DNA of 64,000 nucleotides from Vairimorpha necatrix (Eukaryota): NCBI GenBank assembly GCA_036630325.1, contig CP142735.1, positions 372,001 to 436,000 of the forward strand, read 5' to 3'. Shown piece by piece: positions 49,701 to 61,284 of this stretch (position 1 is its first letter; each line of letters starts with the position of its first letter). The notes under the pieces were generated by a model. It saw only the letters and a program-made list of their open reading frames with translations, ran no database searches and was not told where the DNA came from. The position numbers and the translations under genes were made by a program.

Positions 49701-50005
49701 AAATAAATTCTCTTATTTCCTCATATCTCTTCTCTTCCTCCTCTACTTCCTTAATTCTCAACAAAAGCTTTTTCCTTATTCCTTCAATATTTTCTTCCTT
49801 TTTGATATTTCTCACAATAAAATCTTTTAAATCTATCGAAGCCAACTTGAACAGCTCATTATTCCATTTCTCTCTATCCACATCTCTCAAATCCAATTCA
49901 TACAATATAAGCTCTAACTCCTGTAACATCTTTCTGACCACTTGGCCACAGTCCTTTCTTGTAAACTCTTCTTTAGGTATCGCTCCATATAAGTTTGCTA
50001 ACATA
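46748..50005 (-). mobile_element. Short-LTR gypsy-like retrotransposon SL3
   Basis: 49-bp 3' LTR at 46748-46796 next to the PPT. 5' LTR remnant 49988-50005 cut by Tc1. gag ORF 49405-50004 (CFYCDRQGHGVFEC), RT YMDD, RTDAS and integrase fragments. Confidence 0.88.
48761..48931. repeat. Solo LTR inserted in SL3 RT
   Basis: TGTTG...CAACA ends and TSD CATAG, 171 bp. RT sequence resumes across it. Confidence 0.85.
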
Positions 50006-51229
50006 CAGGGGTTCGCATTTTTTTAGTCCAACTTTTGCATTTTTATAGTCCATTTTTTGAAAAAAAAACCAAGATTTGATAAAAAATCAAAAATCAATAA
50101 AATTATGCAAAAAATATATACAAACTCATTTAATTAGATAAACTTGTTTTTCTGCCTTGCCATTTCTAACCATCTTAACATATTAGTGTAGAATCCATTA
50201 CACGAAAGGCTAAAATCATTGTTCAGCACTTGCTCCAAATCTGTTTCTACTGTTTCATTTGAGTTTTGTATAGCACAAAACCTCGATTTTATCATAGAAA
50301 AAAATTCTTCAATAGGTTTAAGTTGTGGGGAATATGAAGGCAAAAAAACATAAGATTTGCCTAATTCTCTTAGCTTGTCCAAAACTTCTCTTGAATGATG
50401 AAATTTAGCATTATATATTATTAAAATTTTTTAAGGATTTGTTTGTAAAAAAAATACAAGATGCCTTTCAATAAATTCGACGAATAGAGCAGAATTATAT
50501 GCGCCCCTTTTCATTTCGTATGCTATAATATTCGATTTTGAAATCACGCAAAGACAACTTAAATTTTTGCCTCGATTTGCGGGGACTGTTTTAAATGCTT
50601 TTTTATTTTTATAAGAAACCCCATAATGCTTTGTGGTATGGGCATTAAATCCAGTTTCATCCAAAAAAATCAAATTTTCTAGTGAATACCCCGATATTTC
50701 CATGGCATATTCAGCTCTTTTATCAATTTTGTCCTGCGAATTACGTTCTACAGGAATTAGAGACAACCTTTTCTTGTAATATTGAGATATTTCAACTTTG
50801 AGAAATAGTAGACAAAGACATTGAAACATTTGCTAAAGTATTTAGTTCTTCTTTGATTTCACTAAGAGTCTTGTCATTACTACGTGCAAATATGTTTTTT
50901 AGCACAAGGTCGGATGGCTTTAATACACTATGAGATATTACTTTGAAACGATTTATTGTACTTGTAGAACAAATGGATTCGCCCTCTAACATTTTCCTAT
51001 GAACCCTCCAAACTGTTTTAAAACTTAAACCTAATGTAGTAGCTATATCTTTTAATGTCAAGTTTTCGTTTTTTATATGTTTTTCAATAAGTTTTAAGAC
51101 ATCTGGAGTGACTGTAGATCTTGGTTTTCTAGGCATTAGGGGTTTTTTTTTCAAAAAAAAGGCCTGCGGAAATAAAAAAAAATGGACTATAAAAATGCAA
51201 AAGTTGGACTATAGAAATGCAAAACCCTG
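50006..51229 (-). mobile_element. Tc1/IS630-like (DD34E) transposon, frameshifted
   Basis: About 50-bp TIR starting CAGGG with TA on both sides. Motifs FLDETG and YSPQLKPIEE, with 34 residues between the second-Asp position (now Tyr) and Glu. CCCCTA-ATG at 51136. Confidence 0.92.
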
Positions 51230-51231
51230 TA

Positions 51232-54035
51232 ATGGAACACGATATTTACAAAGAAAGAGAAATGATATTGAATGATATAGATTAAGTAGAGTATATTAAG
51301 AAAACTGTTAAAAAGATTAGAGTTAATAGAGAGACTGCTATGAGAAGAAAAGGCGTTTAGAGCCCAGACAAAAAGAATCATAAAACAAATTGTTAAGAAT
51401 GAATATTAAAAATTAAATCAATTAGTATTTCCGCTTTTATGGATGAGGGAAAAGATGTGAACATTATTAATAAAAAAGTTGAAGACTGAAGAATAATTGC
51501 ATTCCATTGTAAACATACAACAATAAAAAACGTGTTTAGTGTAGTAACTAAACAGACGTTAAAGGTAGAGACAACACTTTAAATCAATAATATTATACTC
51601 ACTATGGAGTGTTTCGTGTGAGCCTTTAAGAATTTTAATAAGATATAGTTATCGGCAGGCCGACTTAAATAAGTCCAAAAACTTAAAAATGAACTCTCAG
51701 GGCTTGTAAAAAAATTTCCAAATGTTTTTGATAAAAAGACAAGCAAAGGATATACAGATATAATGTGTGAGATATATATATATCGATAGGTAACTATGTG
51801 AATATAAAATACAGAAATATACCACAGCATATGATTAAAGGGTCACAAGAGACAATTAATAACCTATTAGAACAAGGATATATTGAATGTTCGACGTCGG
51901 CTTGGTAAAATTCTACTAGACCTGTATTGAAACCCGATGGTACTATTAGAATACCCATCAATATGCAAATTTTGAACAACCTTGTTGTAGGTAACAAATA
52001 TACAATATACGTAATCCAAAATATAGTAGATGCCACGCGAGGCAACTTTTTTTACGATTATAGATCTGACAGATGCTTACTATCAAATACACCTGAAACC
52101 AGAACAATAATATAAAACCGCGTTTTATTTTAAAAATTATTTATATTAATACACACGGATTCCCAGGAATTTAAGAATTCACCCGGTATGTTTCAAATGA
52201 TGATGGATAGATTACTGTAAGACATCTTATAACTGCTAGCCGCGTCTATTTAGACGACATAATAATTTTTGGAACGACAGAAAAAGAACATAAGAAAAAT
52301 TCTATATATATCTTATGAACACTTGAAAAAACAACTTCAATGTTAATCCTAAAAATTATAATTTAAAAAAGAAACTATATAGTTTTTAGGAATGATGATG
52401 CTAGAAGATACAATATCCAATAGAACAACATCAAAAAAGCTATTAGATTTTAAAGTACCAACTACAATTAATGAGATACAGCAATTCTTAGGATTGGCCA
52501 ATTATTGCACAAGATTCATTTCAAATTTAGTTACAAGATCTGCATTAATTTATGATTTATTAAAAAAGAAGAATGATCAACAAAAAGCTTGTTAGAGTAT
52601 TTAAGAAAAATCAACAGTAAGATTGCCAGACATATCCCCGACTACAACAAATTCTTTATACGGTCCACTGACGAATCAAATACAGGAATCAGCGCATGCC
52701 TACAACAAGAGCACAATGATGAGATTGCAGTAGTTGGCATCAAAGAAATTGCCCGATGGCGAGAAAAAATATGGAATTACATAAAAAGCATTGCTGGCTA
52801 GTGCTCGGAGTATTGCTAACTTCAATCATTATCTACGAGAAGAAGTTTAAAGTATTAACAGATCATTCTTCAATTTTATCTATGAAGGATAAACATATAT
52901 TTGGAAGCCCACGACTAGAATGAATGAGAGAAAAATTACAGGATTACGATTTTGAAATTGAAGATTCGAAAGGCGAAGAGCCTATAGGCGCCGATGCAAT
53001 CAGCAGTATTTATGAGAATCCGAAAGGAGTTAAAGAACTCAGAACGAAAAATAAAAACGTGTTAATTGCTTCTGATGGAAGTGGTATTTTAAAGTAATGA
53101 AAACAGAATTAGATATTTTCCTGAAGTGCTTCCAAGAGAAGGGATTTTATATAAAGCACATGAACTAAACACCGCGCATTTGGAATAAACATACGACTTA
53201 CGAATTAAAAAAGAACATTTACTGGCCAAAAATAACAGCTCCAATAACAAACCATAATAAAAACTTTGAATCATGTGTCCGAAATAATCAAAAAATTTGG
53301 AATGGTAAGAATTTGTAGAAACACAAAGACCGTTAGAAATATTTAGAATGAACCTAATGTTTATTGATCAGAAGACAACACCGATGACTTGTATAGATTA
53401 CTATACACGTAGACGTAAGATTAAACCAATGCAATCCAAGCAAGTTAGCGTTTGTACGAAAGCAATAACCGAGATATTTGAAGAAATTGGAGCTTCTGAG
53501 AAAATTGTTACAGACAATGGAAAAAATTTACAGCTACAACTATAAAAGAAATCATGTCTAATATTTGCGTAATCTTCTATGAAATATCCATAGATAAGCA
53601 TCAGACTAATGTTAGGACAGAAAAATTACATAAGAAAATTTTCGCCTTAAAAAAAATAGATAGTAACCAAAATGAAACAATTGAAGAAATTATATATGAT
53701 GTAGAAAAAAAAATAAATAATACATTTAATGGTGCAATAGTTTGTACGTCGATAGAAACATGGAATGATCCTGATAATAAAACCTTGAAAGAATTGAATA
53801 ACAAAGATTCAAAACATGAAAAAGAATTTGAAAAAATCCCGCGTGAAAAATTTAAAATAGGAGAAAAGTGTTTATTCAACAAAATCCAATGCAGACACAT
53901 GATAAGTTGAACGATAAAAACATTGAAAGTGGAATGATTCACACTGTAGTTGAAAACGACTCCTATTTAGTAAAAGTAAAAAATAAACAAATCAAAATGA
54001 ATCATTCTCAGCTCAAATCAATACCAACTATATAA
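51232..54035 (+). mobile_element. Heavily decayed gypsy-like element (RT-RNaseH-IN), SL-like RT
   Basis: KPDGTIRIPINMQILNNLV, YLDD, FLGLANY, STDESN, IDYYTR, TDNGK. LTRs not found. Confidence 0.75.
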
Positions 54036-54167
54036 TCGGTTTTTATGAAACCCTAAAGCCATAAATTTTTATTTATACCCTTAAATGAAAACAGAAACTG
54101 GTCAAAGAACCAAATCCATATGGAAGTCAACTTTAAATATGGAAAGAAGACTCTTAAACCTGCAGTC

Positions 54168-57091
54168 GGAGCATTTCCACTTTACACCCCCCCCCCCCGA
54201 CTATATAAATACCTATTTTTAAAAAAAATATCATTTTTTTTGAAAACCAAAATGAAAAAAAAAGTACGGTTTAAATTATCTTATATACAAATGTAAGCAT
54301 ATAATTCCGTGGGGGGGGGGAAAGTCCGCCAAAATATAAAAGAAAATATGAAAAAAATAGCCCTTAAAAGGAGAAATCAAAATGATCAAATTTATTGTAA
54401 AATATCATCTTTAAAGTTATATAGGGCTGTAATTTCTTTTAAAACTTCCAAACAGTCATTGTCTTTTAATCTTCTATTTTTATTATTATTTTTGATTTTC
54501 TGGTCTTTGTTATAGAATTGTTTTTCTTGATTTTAATATTATGTTTGTGTATTTCATTTAAAAAATCACGATTTCTCAAACACATTAAAAGCTCAGTTAA
54601 ACTTTGATGTAATGATCTCAATTCATTTTTTAATAAAAAATTAAAACCTTCCGCCACCATTATTTGTAAATGGTATACCATATAAATTTCTTTCTTTCAT
54701 ATCGTTTTTTCAGAAAAAGTCTTTATTTAACCAATTCGTTATATAATAGTAAAAAATTCTTAAATTGCATGTCCACTATAATCGCGACATATTAACCTAA
54801 CTAAAAATTTAAATGTAATATATTTTTTTTCTTCAATCATGAATATTGAACAAAGCAAACATTTGATATAAAATCTAAAAATCTTATCATCTTTGTATAA
54901 TTTAGAAAATCCCAATATTTTAAATTTATTGAAATCCGCCTGTGAATAATGAAAGACACAAAGTCTTATTCTGGTGCCTGGATATACACTATGCAATGCC
55001 TTATTTTTAGTCAACTCACCATTTATTATCATTTTTTCCATTTTTCAAACATTTGCTAAATTAAATAGCATTTTAAAAGCTTCTACATACGATTCATATT
55101 TTTTAATTGTCAATAGAAAATGAGCAAAAGGAATGTAAGTATATTCATCTACAAAAAATACTACAAAAAGTTGAAAAAAGGCTAGAGGCGACGAGTAAAA
55201 TGACCCATCAACTGCAAAGACTTTCTTATTTTGGCGTTGTTTAAATTTTTATCAGACCAGCATGCTATTATTCTCTCTTTGGTACTAAAATAATTATCAT
55301 ACTGTATAAATTCAAGTTTAGATCGTGTCATTAGTAACAACTCATTTGGAATATTAATTATTAGAATAGCTTAAATTTTGAGTTAAATATTGAGTATTTC
55401 TAATTCTTCTCTTTATGTTACGTATACTTGGAGGTAACTGTCTTCTGAATCATCAAGCATTGATGTTGTAGCACACACAATTTCATTCTTAGTTTTTCTG
55501 CTTGTGAGGCTATCTCTTTTTATATCATCATTTACAAAGAAGATTTTAATTTGTGAATTACTTAATTCCTCATGATTATGATCTTGATAATTGCATACTT
55601 CATTTGTTATAATGTTCATGCGTATACTTCCATTACAATTTATAAAAGAACAAGATCATTTTATAAAAGAAGCCCCAGCGTATTTCATATGGTATTTGTA
55701 TCCTTTGTATAATTTCATATGTTTATTTTCTATGCCTTTTATATCAACAGGTCTTTCTTTCTGTTCTTGTAATCTTCTTTCATTTTCCATATTAAGAGGG
55801 TATCTAAAAATTATTGGATGAATATAATTTTATAAAATCCAAATAATAATTTAATGTCTGAAAATTGTATATGAAGGATTAATACATTTGTTATATGACA
55901 AATAATTATTTAATTCGTATTATATTATTATAAATTTGTGATTTTAGTTTATGGTGTTTCTTCCTAATGCTGTTTGTCCGTTTTGAAATTCATTTTTAAA
56001 GGCTATTTTTTCAAAATTTCTTTTATATTTTGGCGGACTTTTCCACCAAGCGAATATTTTATCTATTTAAACTTATTTCTCTGATTTTTAAGTAAAAATA
56101 AGTTCTTAGTTGTTTAGTAGCACCGATTATAGATTTTTAATTTCCGTACCCTATTTTATGCTTACCAACGAGGAAATTAATAAAGCATACGAAGAGATAA
56201 AAGAAAAACTTCTTCAAATAAAATGCAGCAAATGTGGTAAAGAAGTTAAGAAAAGACAGCAAAAAAGGTACGCTGTCAGATGCATTGGTAAAAAAAATGC
56301 ATAAAAAAGAGAAGAGTATTTTTGTAAATACGATATTTGCAAAAAAAAAAAACACTTGGTTCATATACTAATGTCAAAGAACCTGAACCTCTAGCTTACG
56401 AAAATTCCGCCTCTCATAATCGCCAAGTTGTTAAGCATTACACCCAGTATTGTATCGAGATGTCTTCAACAGTTTTTGCTTAATGAAGTTTATCATAAAT
56501 ACATGAAAAAGGCAAAAGGAACACTAGGCGGTTCAGAGATAATAGTCGAAGTAGACTCAAGCAAATTTGGAAAACGTAAATACAACGTTGGACATAAAGT
56601 AGGGGGAGTGTGGCTATTCGAGATGGTCGGACGGGCTTTAAAAAGAAAAATTCTATTAGTTTTGTCCCAAATAGAACCAAAGATACATAAATAATTCTAC
56701 TTTCCACATATGACGATAAACAATCAACAGACTATTCTGATATGTGAAAAAGACATTCGAAAATGAGCCAGATAATAGCTGCTCATATTAAAGTTAATCA
56801 TAGTAAGTGGTTTGTAGATCCTATCACAGGTGTTCATACTAACACTATAGAAGAGAATTGGTCTGTCGTTAAACGCCTAACACCGGTAAGATGTAGAACA
56901 AAAGTTTCTAAACTACCCTACTTATTAAGATTTTTGCTTAGAAACTCAAAACTAATTATTTTGATGAATCAATAAATTTATTATTTTTAAATTTTCTCCT
57001 CCTTTTTTTCCATTTTAAGTTTTCCAAAAAAGAAATATTTTTTAAAAATTTGTATTTATATATGTAGGGGGGGTGTAAAGTGGAATTTGAC
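54168..57091 (+). mobile_element. Merlin family E copy 2 (contains a MULE)
   Basis: TIR GGAGCATTTCCACTTTACACCCCCC with an inverted copy ending ~57091. Degenerate TSD CTGCAGTC/ATGCAGCT. Transposase fragments 56158-56975 homologous to 10427-11233. Confidence 0.8.
54311..56047 (-). mobile_element. Mutator (MULE) element, decayed
   Basis: About 55-bp TIR containing AAAGTCCGCCAAAATATAAAAGAAA. Transposase remnants from ATG 55790 (DHNH, AVDGSF, LCVFHYSQ, AEGFN). Confidence 0.8.
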
Positions 57092-57591
57092 ATGCAGCTT
57101 AACCTAAAAGACAAAGATGAATTCAATTTTATAATTAGGAATATAAGCACCAATTGGGAGAGTATACACTACAAGAAGGTTTTACAACATGAAAAGGGCA
57201 TCGAAAAATGTGCCAAAAACCAAATACTCTCAACTGATACCGTTTTAAAAGTATGTGCAAACACAAGGAAAAGCACTTAAACCATAACTGAATATCTAGG
57301 CTGACTTGGAAAAGACTTAAAACGACTTAAGTTATGGATAAAATGATTATAAAATACTTAAGCCTTACTGTTGCTATGGGAAATGTGGAAGTCCACATGA
57401 CGTTGAGCCTACACACTGATATGGAAGAATTCTTGGCACACACTTCTAAAATACTTACCAGCAGAACAAGAAGGAATAAGCTCACTAATAATAAAAAAAA
57501 CTTGCAATTTTTGTAAACAACAGGGACACTAGACAGAGAAATGTTTTAATAAGCCAAGTTACAAAAAGACTAGTAGACCGTAAACATATTT

Positions 57592-57804
57592 TGTGGCGGG
57601 ATCTTGGATGGCTATAAATAGCAATATTATTATTAAATACCCCTTATGTCTATTTTTAACATTAATATTTTTTATCTAAATTTATTTGTTTGGTTATGGT
57701 TATTTTTACTATCCATCATCCCCTCCTTTCTTAAAAATTTGTTTTTATTTTTTTAAAAACTTGGAGGGAAAATAAATAAAATTTTGTTATGAAAAGACAT
57801 AACA
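57592..57804 (-). repeat. Possible LTR remnant (G4-like)
   Basis: TGTGG...ACA, TTGGAGGGAAAA motif and terminal palindrome TGTTATG..CATAACA. No TSD. Confidence 0.4.
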
Positions 57805-57809
57805 GAAAT

Positions 57810-58669
57810 ACGACGGACAACCAATTAAAAACTCCAAATTACAATAAAGGTGCGTTTTTTATAGAATGATTTAAGGAAATAGCATATTTTTACGCCACGG
57901 TTAACGCTTCTTGACCTAACCTTATAGTTTATCATAAAACAGACGCATCTGAGAGAGCATAGATGGTGCTTGAAACAGTTACAAGAAGGAAAAGCAACTT
58001 TTTGTTGTGCTAGCCGAAAGCTCAATAAGTATGAAAGGAACTACACTACGTTAGAGAAAACGATCATAGCTATAATATTCGGTTAATATATTTAAATTGT
58101 TTTTACACGACGAAGTCTTGATAAGAGCAATCACAAACCACTACAATGGTTATATATGGTTAAGAACCCTAAGGAACCCATCGCACGATGGCTTATGTTT
58201 TTAAGAGAATTAAGATTCAAAATAGAATATAAGGAAGGATAATCCAACACCCTTCATATCTGCTTATCTAGGGTCTAAGCATCGAATATGAACATCTTAA
58301 GTTCTGACACAATGTTAACAAGAGACTTTTAGATTAGAAAATCTCATCACTAGATTAGACACGGAGGGACAAAGGACACAATATTTTTCTTGTAATCGCA
58401 AAACCTTGCCAAGGATATTGGCCTTAAAGATATCAGTTGAGGATAAATGGCTGTTAGACTTGTGTAGAACATAAGAAACCTAGAAAAGAGTTCGTATCGT
58501 TCCTACAAACTTGAGACGGCTTTTAAAATGATTGGATTTGGTTGTATATACCCCCTACCCAAATGTTCCTTGGAAAGCGTGTTATCATAGTAGCAACGGA
58601 CTATATGACGAAATGAGTGGAATCAAGGGCAGTAAAAAGTCGGTATGGCCTAAAAATAGCAAAATTTTA
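57810..58669 (+). mobile_element. Decayed G2-like pol fragment (RNase H to integrase N-terminus)
   Basis: TDAS and VKNP..IARWLMFL..LRFKIEYKEG, matching G2 at 22899-23396. Truncated by the Ginger-like element. Confidence 0.75.
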
Positions 58670-60776
58670 TGTGGCTCGAGCGTTGGCTCTTTTGAATTTC
58701 CAACCCGTGCATGCGTTGACCCTCTAGGATTTACCCCCGCGCAGGCGTTGATGCCAAGTTTTTCTTAGAATAAGCCCTGTCTAAATTATATTTGAATTAG
58801 ATAAATAAATACTTTAAACTGGATTGGAACTTACGACCATACGCAGGAAACTTTTGAGCATGTCACTAGACAATGGCGTACTAAAACTAAAATCTTTCTG
58901 GTAAAAAAAACACTTGCATTATTTAATTTGATAATTAAAATGATTTTTCTTATCCCTTGTAAAATGATTCTTTCTCCCAAAAATGCTGTTGATTATGATA
59001 ATTTAACATGAACATCAAAAGGCAAGGATAATAAAGTAGTTTTAAAAAAGCAACCATAAAAACGGTTAGAGCAAAAGCTGCCAATTGCCTTCTTATAGAC
59101 GCTATATACAAGGTATGATTCCAATGGACACCATCTAAAGGTTTTATATAGTGAACAGCTTATAGCCTATGGTTTGAATGTAGAGCTTTCCGCTAACTTC
59201 ATCATAGGGGCGTTAACGAATTTGAAGTCTCATGCAATATCGTTTTTTTAATTCCTACATACATTACTATAAAAGTCGTGGATGAAGTCATCGTATGTAT
59301 ACAATCACAACCGCTAAAAACTAAGAGCGCCAAGTCTGCATTGCGGCCTCTACCCCGGTCGAACGATATATGATCGATTTAGTCGATTTGACGCCCTATG
59401 AAAAGTTTTAAGATTGGTATTGTTGGATTTAACAATAATAGACGTGTATTCTAAGTTTTCCTGTGCCTTTCCATTAATAAGTAAAACAGGAGAAGGGGTT
59501 ACAGAAAACCTAAAATTTTTATTTTACAATATGACTGGTCCTCCAAAGATCCTTCAAACGAAAATGGATAGGGATTCGGGAATTTCCTTATATATATTAC
59601 CTTTGTGCAGACTTTGTTTTTGTTCAAAAACATAGTTAGCCGCGTCCTTCATAATCAAACGGGCAAATAGAAAGGTTTAACCAAACTTTACTCATACTAT
59701 TCAAAAACATGTTTATAAAAAGGGTTTGCTTGCCGTTGGTAATTAAGAACCGAAGATGAAAATGAATCACTTAAACATCTTATTAATTTATATACAACTA
59801 TAATTTAGTTAAACATAGTGCGACAAAGCAGGTTCGATTTTATCTATTCTTAAAATACCAGGATTTAATTCTGTTTTTACTCATGATGTGAACGAGTCTT
59901 CAGATGATAGCATGAAAGAAATTGAATTGATGATTGATACAGAAAATACAAATGAAGTTGTGATTGGTGTTCTTGGAGAAAAAACAGAAATTGGTTCATT
60001 TGATCTAAACTACCTGGCAAGAATGGATCGTCATTAATTGGCACATTCCTCAAAATATAATATTGAAATTAGGGTAAGGCAATTGTTGCTAAAGAAATTG
60101 ATTATAATATTGACGTAGTCCAGAGGAGCTACCTCTAGATAAATAAAGTTCTATTAAACTTGTTGAAAAGAGTAAATGAGTCTAACCGAAATTGCATATT
60201 TATTTAAAAACTTTATCTTTTATATTGTGTTTGAAACAATGGTTTGTGATAACCATGTTGGATTGGTCAAACTTGTGCTAAAACAGTTTGGTATATGATT
60301 ACAACAGATGATTGGTAACTAGAGTTACAACAAAACTAATATTTTTATTTGTAGTTTTAAAGCCTCGTTGGGCATATTCATCATGAGTCTGGTCCCTGGC
60401 TTTGCAGCCCTTCCTTGGTCTTATGTTCCAAGGGAATTGATCGTTTCTCTGCTTCATGATCCGGTGGGCGGTCAGAACAAAAACGAAATAAATATTTAAT
60501 TTTATAATTAATTTGCGGTATTTGTAATACCACAAATATCAAAACAAAAAACTAAAATTTTCTTATTTTTTTAAAGAAGATACGATTACATAAATTCTCT
60601 CAAATAACAGATTTAATGTATTGAAGAAGGTACACAGATTTTCCCCATGTCTAGGCTAAAAACGTTAATATTGAACTTCGGGTTAAAAGCTTTTTGTTTT
60701 CTTTTTATTTCTTATTTTTTTACTTTGGGAAGGAAGAGGGTCGACCCCTACACGGGGTCAACGCCCGCACGCCACA
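58670..60776 (+). mobile_element. Ginger-like element, same family as 2198-3844
   Basis: TGTGGC...GCCACA termini and integrase fragments (IDVYSKF..KTGEGVTENLKFLFYNMTGPPK). Interrupted by a solo LTR. Confidence 0.83.
60111..60534 (-). repeat. Solo LTR (424 bp)
   Basis: TG...CACA ends and TSD AATAT. Absent from the sister Ginger copy. Terminal TAATACCACA as in the G4 LTR. Confidence 0.8.
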
Positions 60777-60966
60777 ATTATATAAAACATTAAATCTATT
60801 AAAACTTTATATATCTAGAGCAGCACCTTGATATACCTCAATGATAAATTTGAAACAATGTTTCAGAATTAAATATAATTACATCATCGAATTTATGAAG
60901 ATTGGCAATAATAAAAAGAATACTTTTAACCTCATGTTTTGGCTAACTTCAACATATATATATAAT

Positions 60967-61284
60967 TGTGGTGTTACCACCAGGAAGGAGGCCGGTTTGT
61001 AAGTACCTTTCGATGATACTCCTCCCTGCAATATTATTAAGAATATTTTTATTAAAATTGTATTTATTATCTTTCCCCTTTGGGCTAGTTCTGTTCCTCA
61101 TGTGAGGGGTAAGGCATGAAGGGCCTTCCCGATGTCTCTGTATCTGTATGAGTTTTCAGTGCTTCTCATCTTCCAAAAAATTGGGGTAAAGTAAAAAGAA
61201 AATATTTATAGCAAAATATTTTCTAGAAAATTCATTTGGAGGGAAAAATAAACAAAAACAAATAATGTGGTAATTAATACCACA
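60967..61284 (-). repeat. 3' LTR of G4 (318 bp)
   Basis: TGTGGT...ACCACA termini next to the PPT. Similar to the solo LTR at 1074-1350. Confidence 0.8.

Larger units (their letters stand above)
54085..57560 (+). pseudogene. gag-like remnant split by Merlin E2
   Basis: CCCTTAA-ATG at 54085. Frame continues after 57091 (QLNLKDKDEF). Knuckle CNFCKQQGH*TEKC near 57500-57545. Confidence 0.55.
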
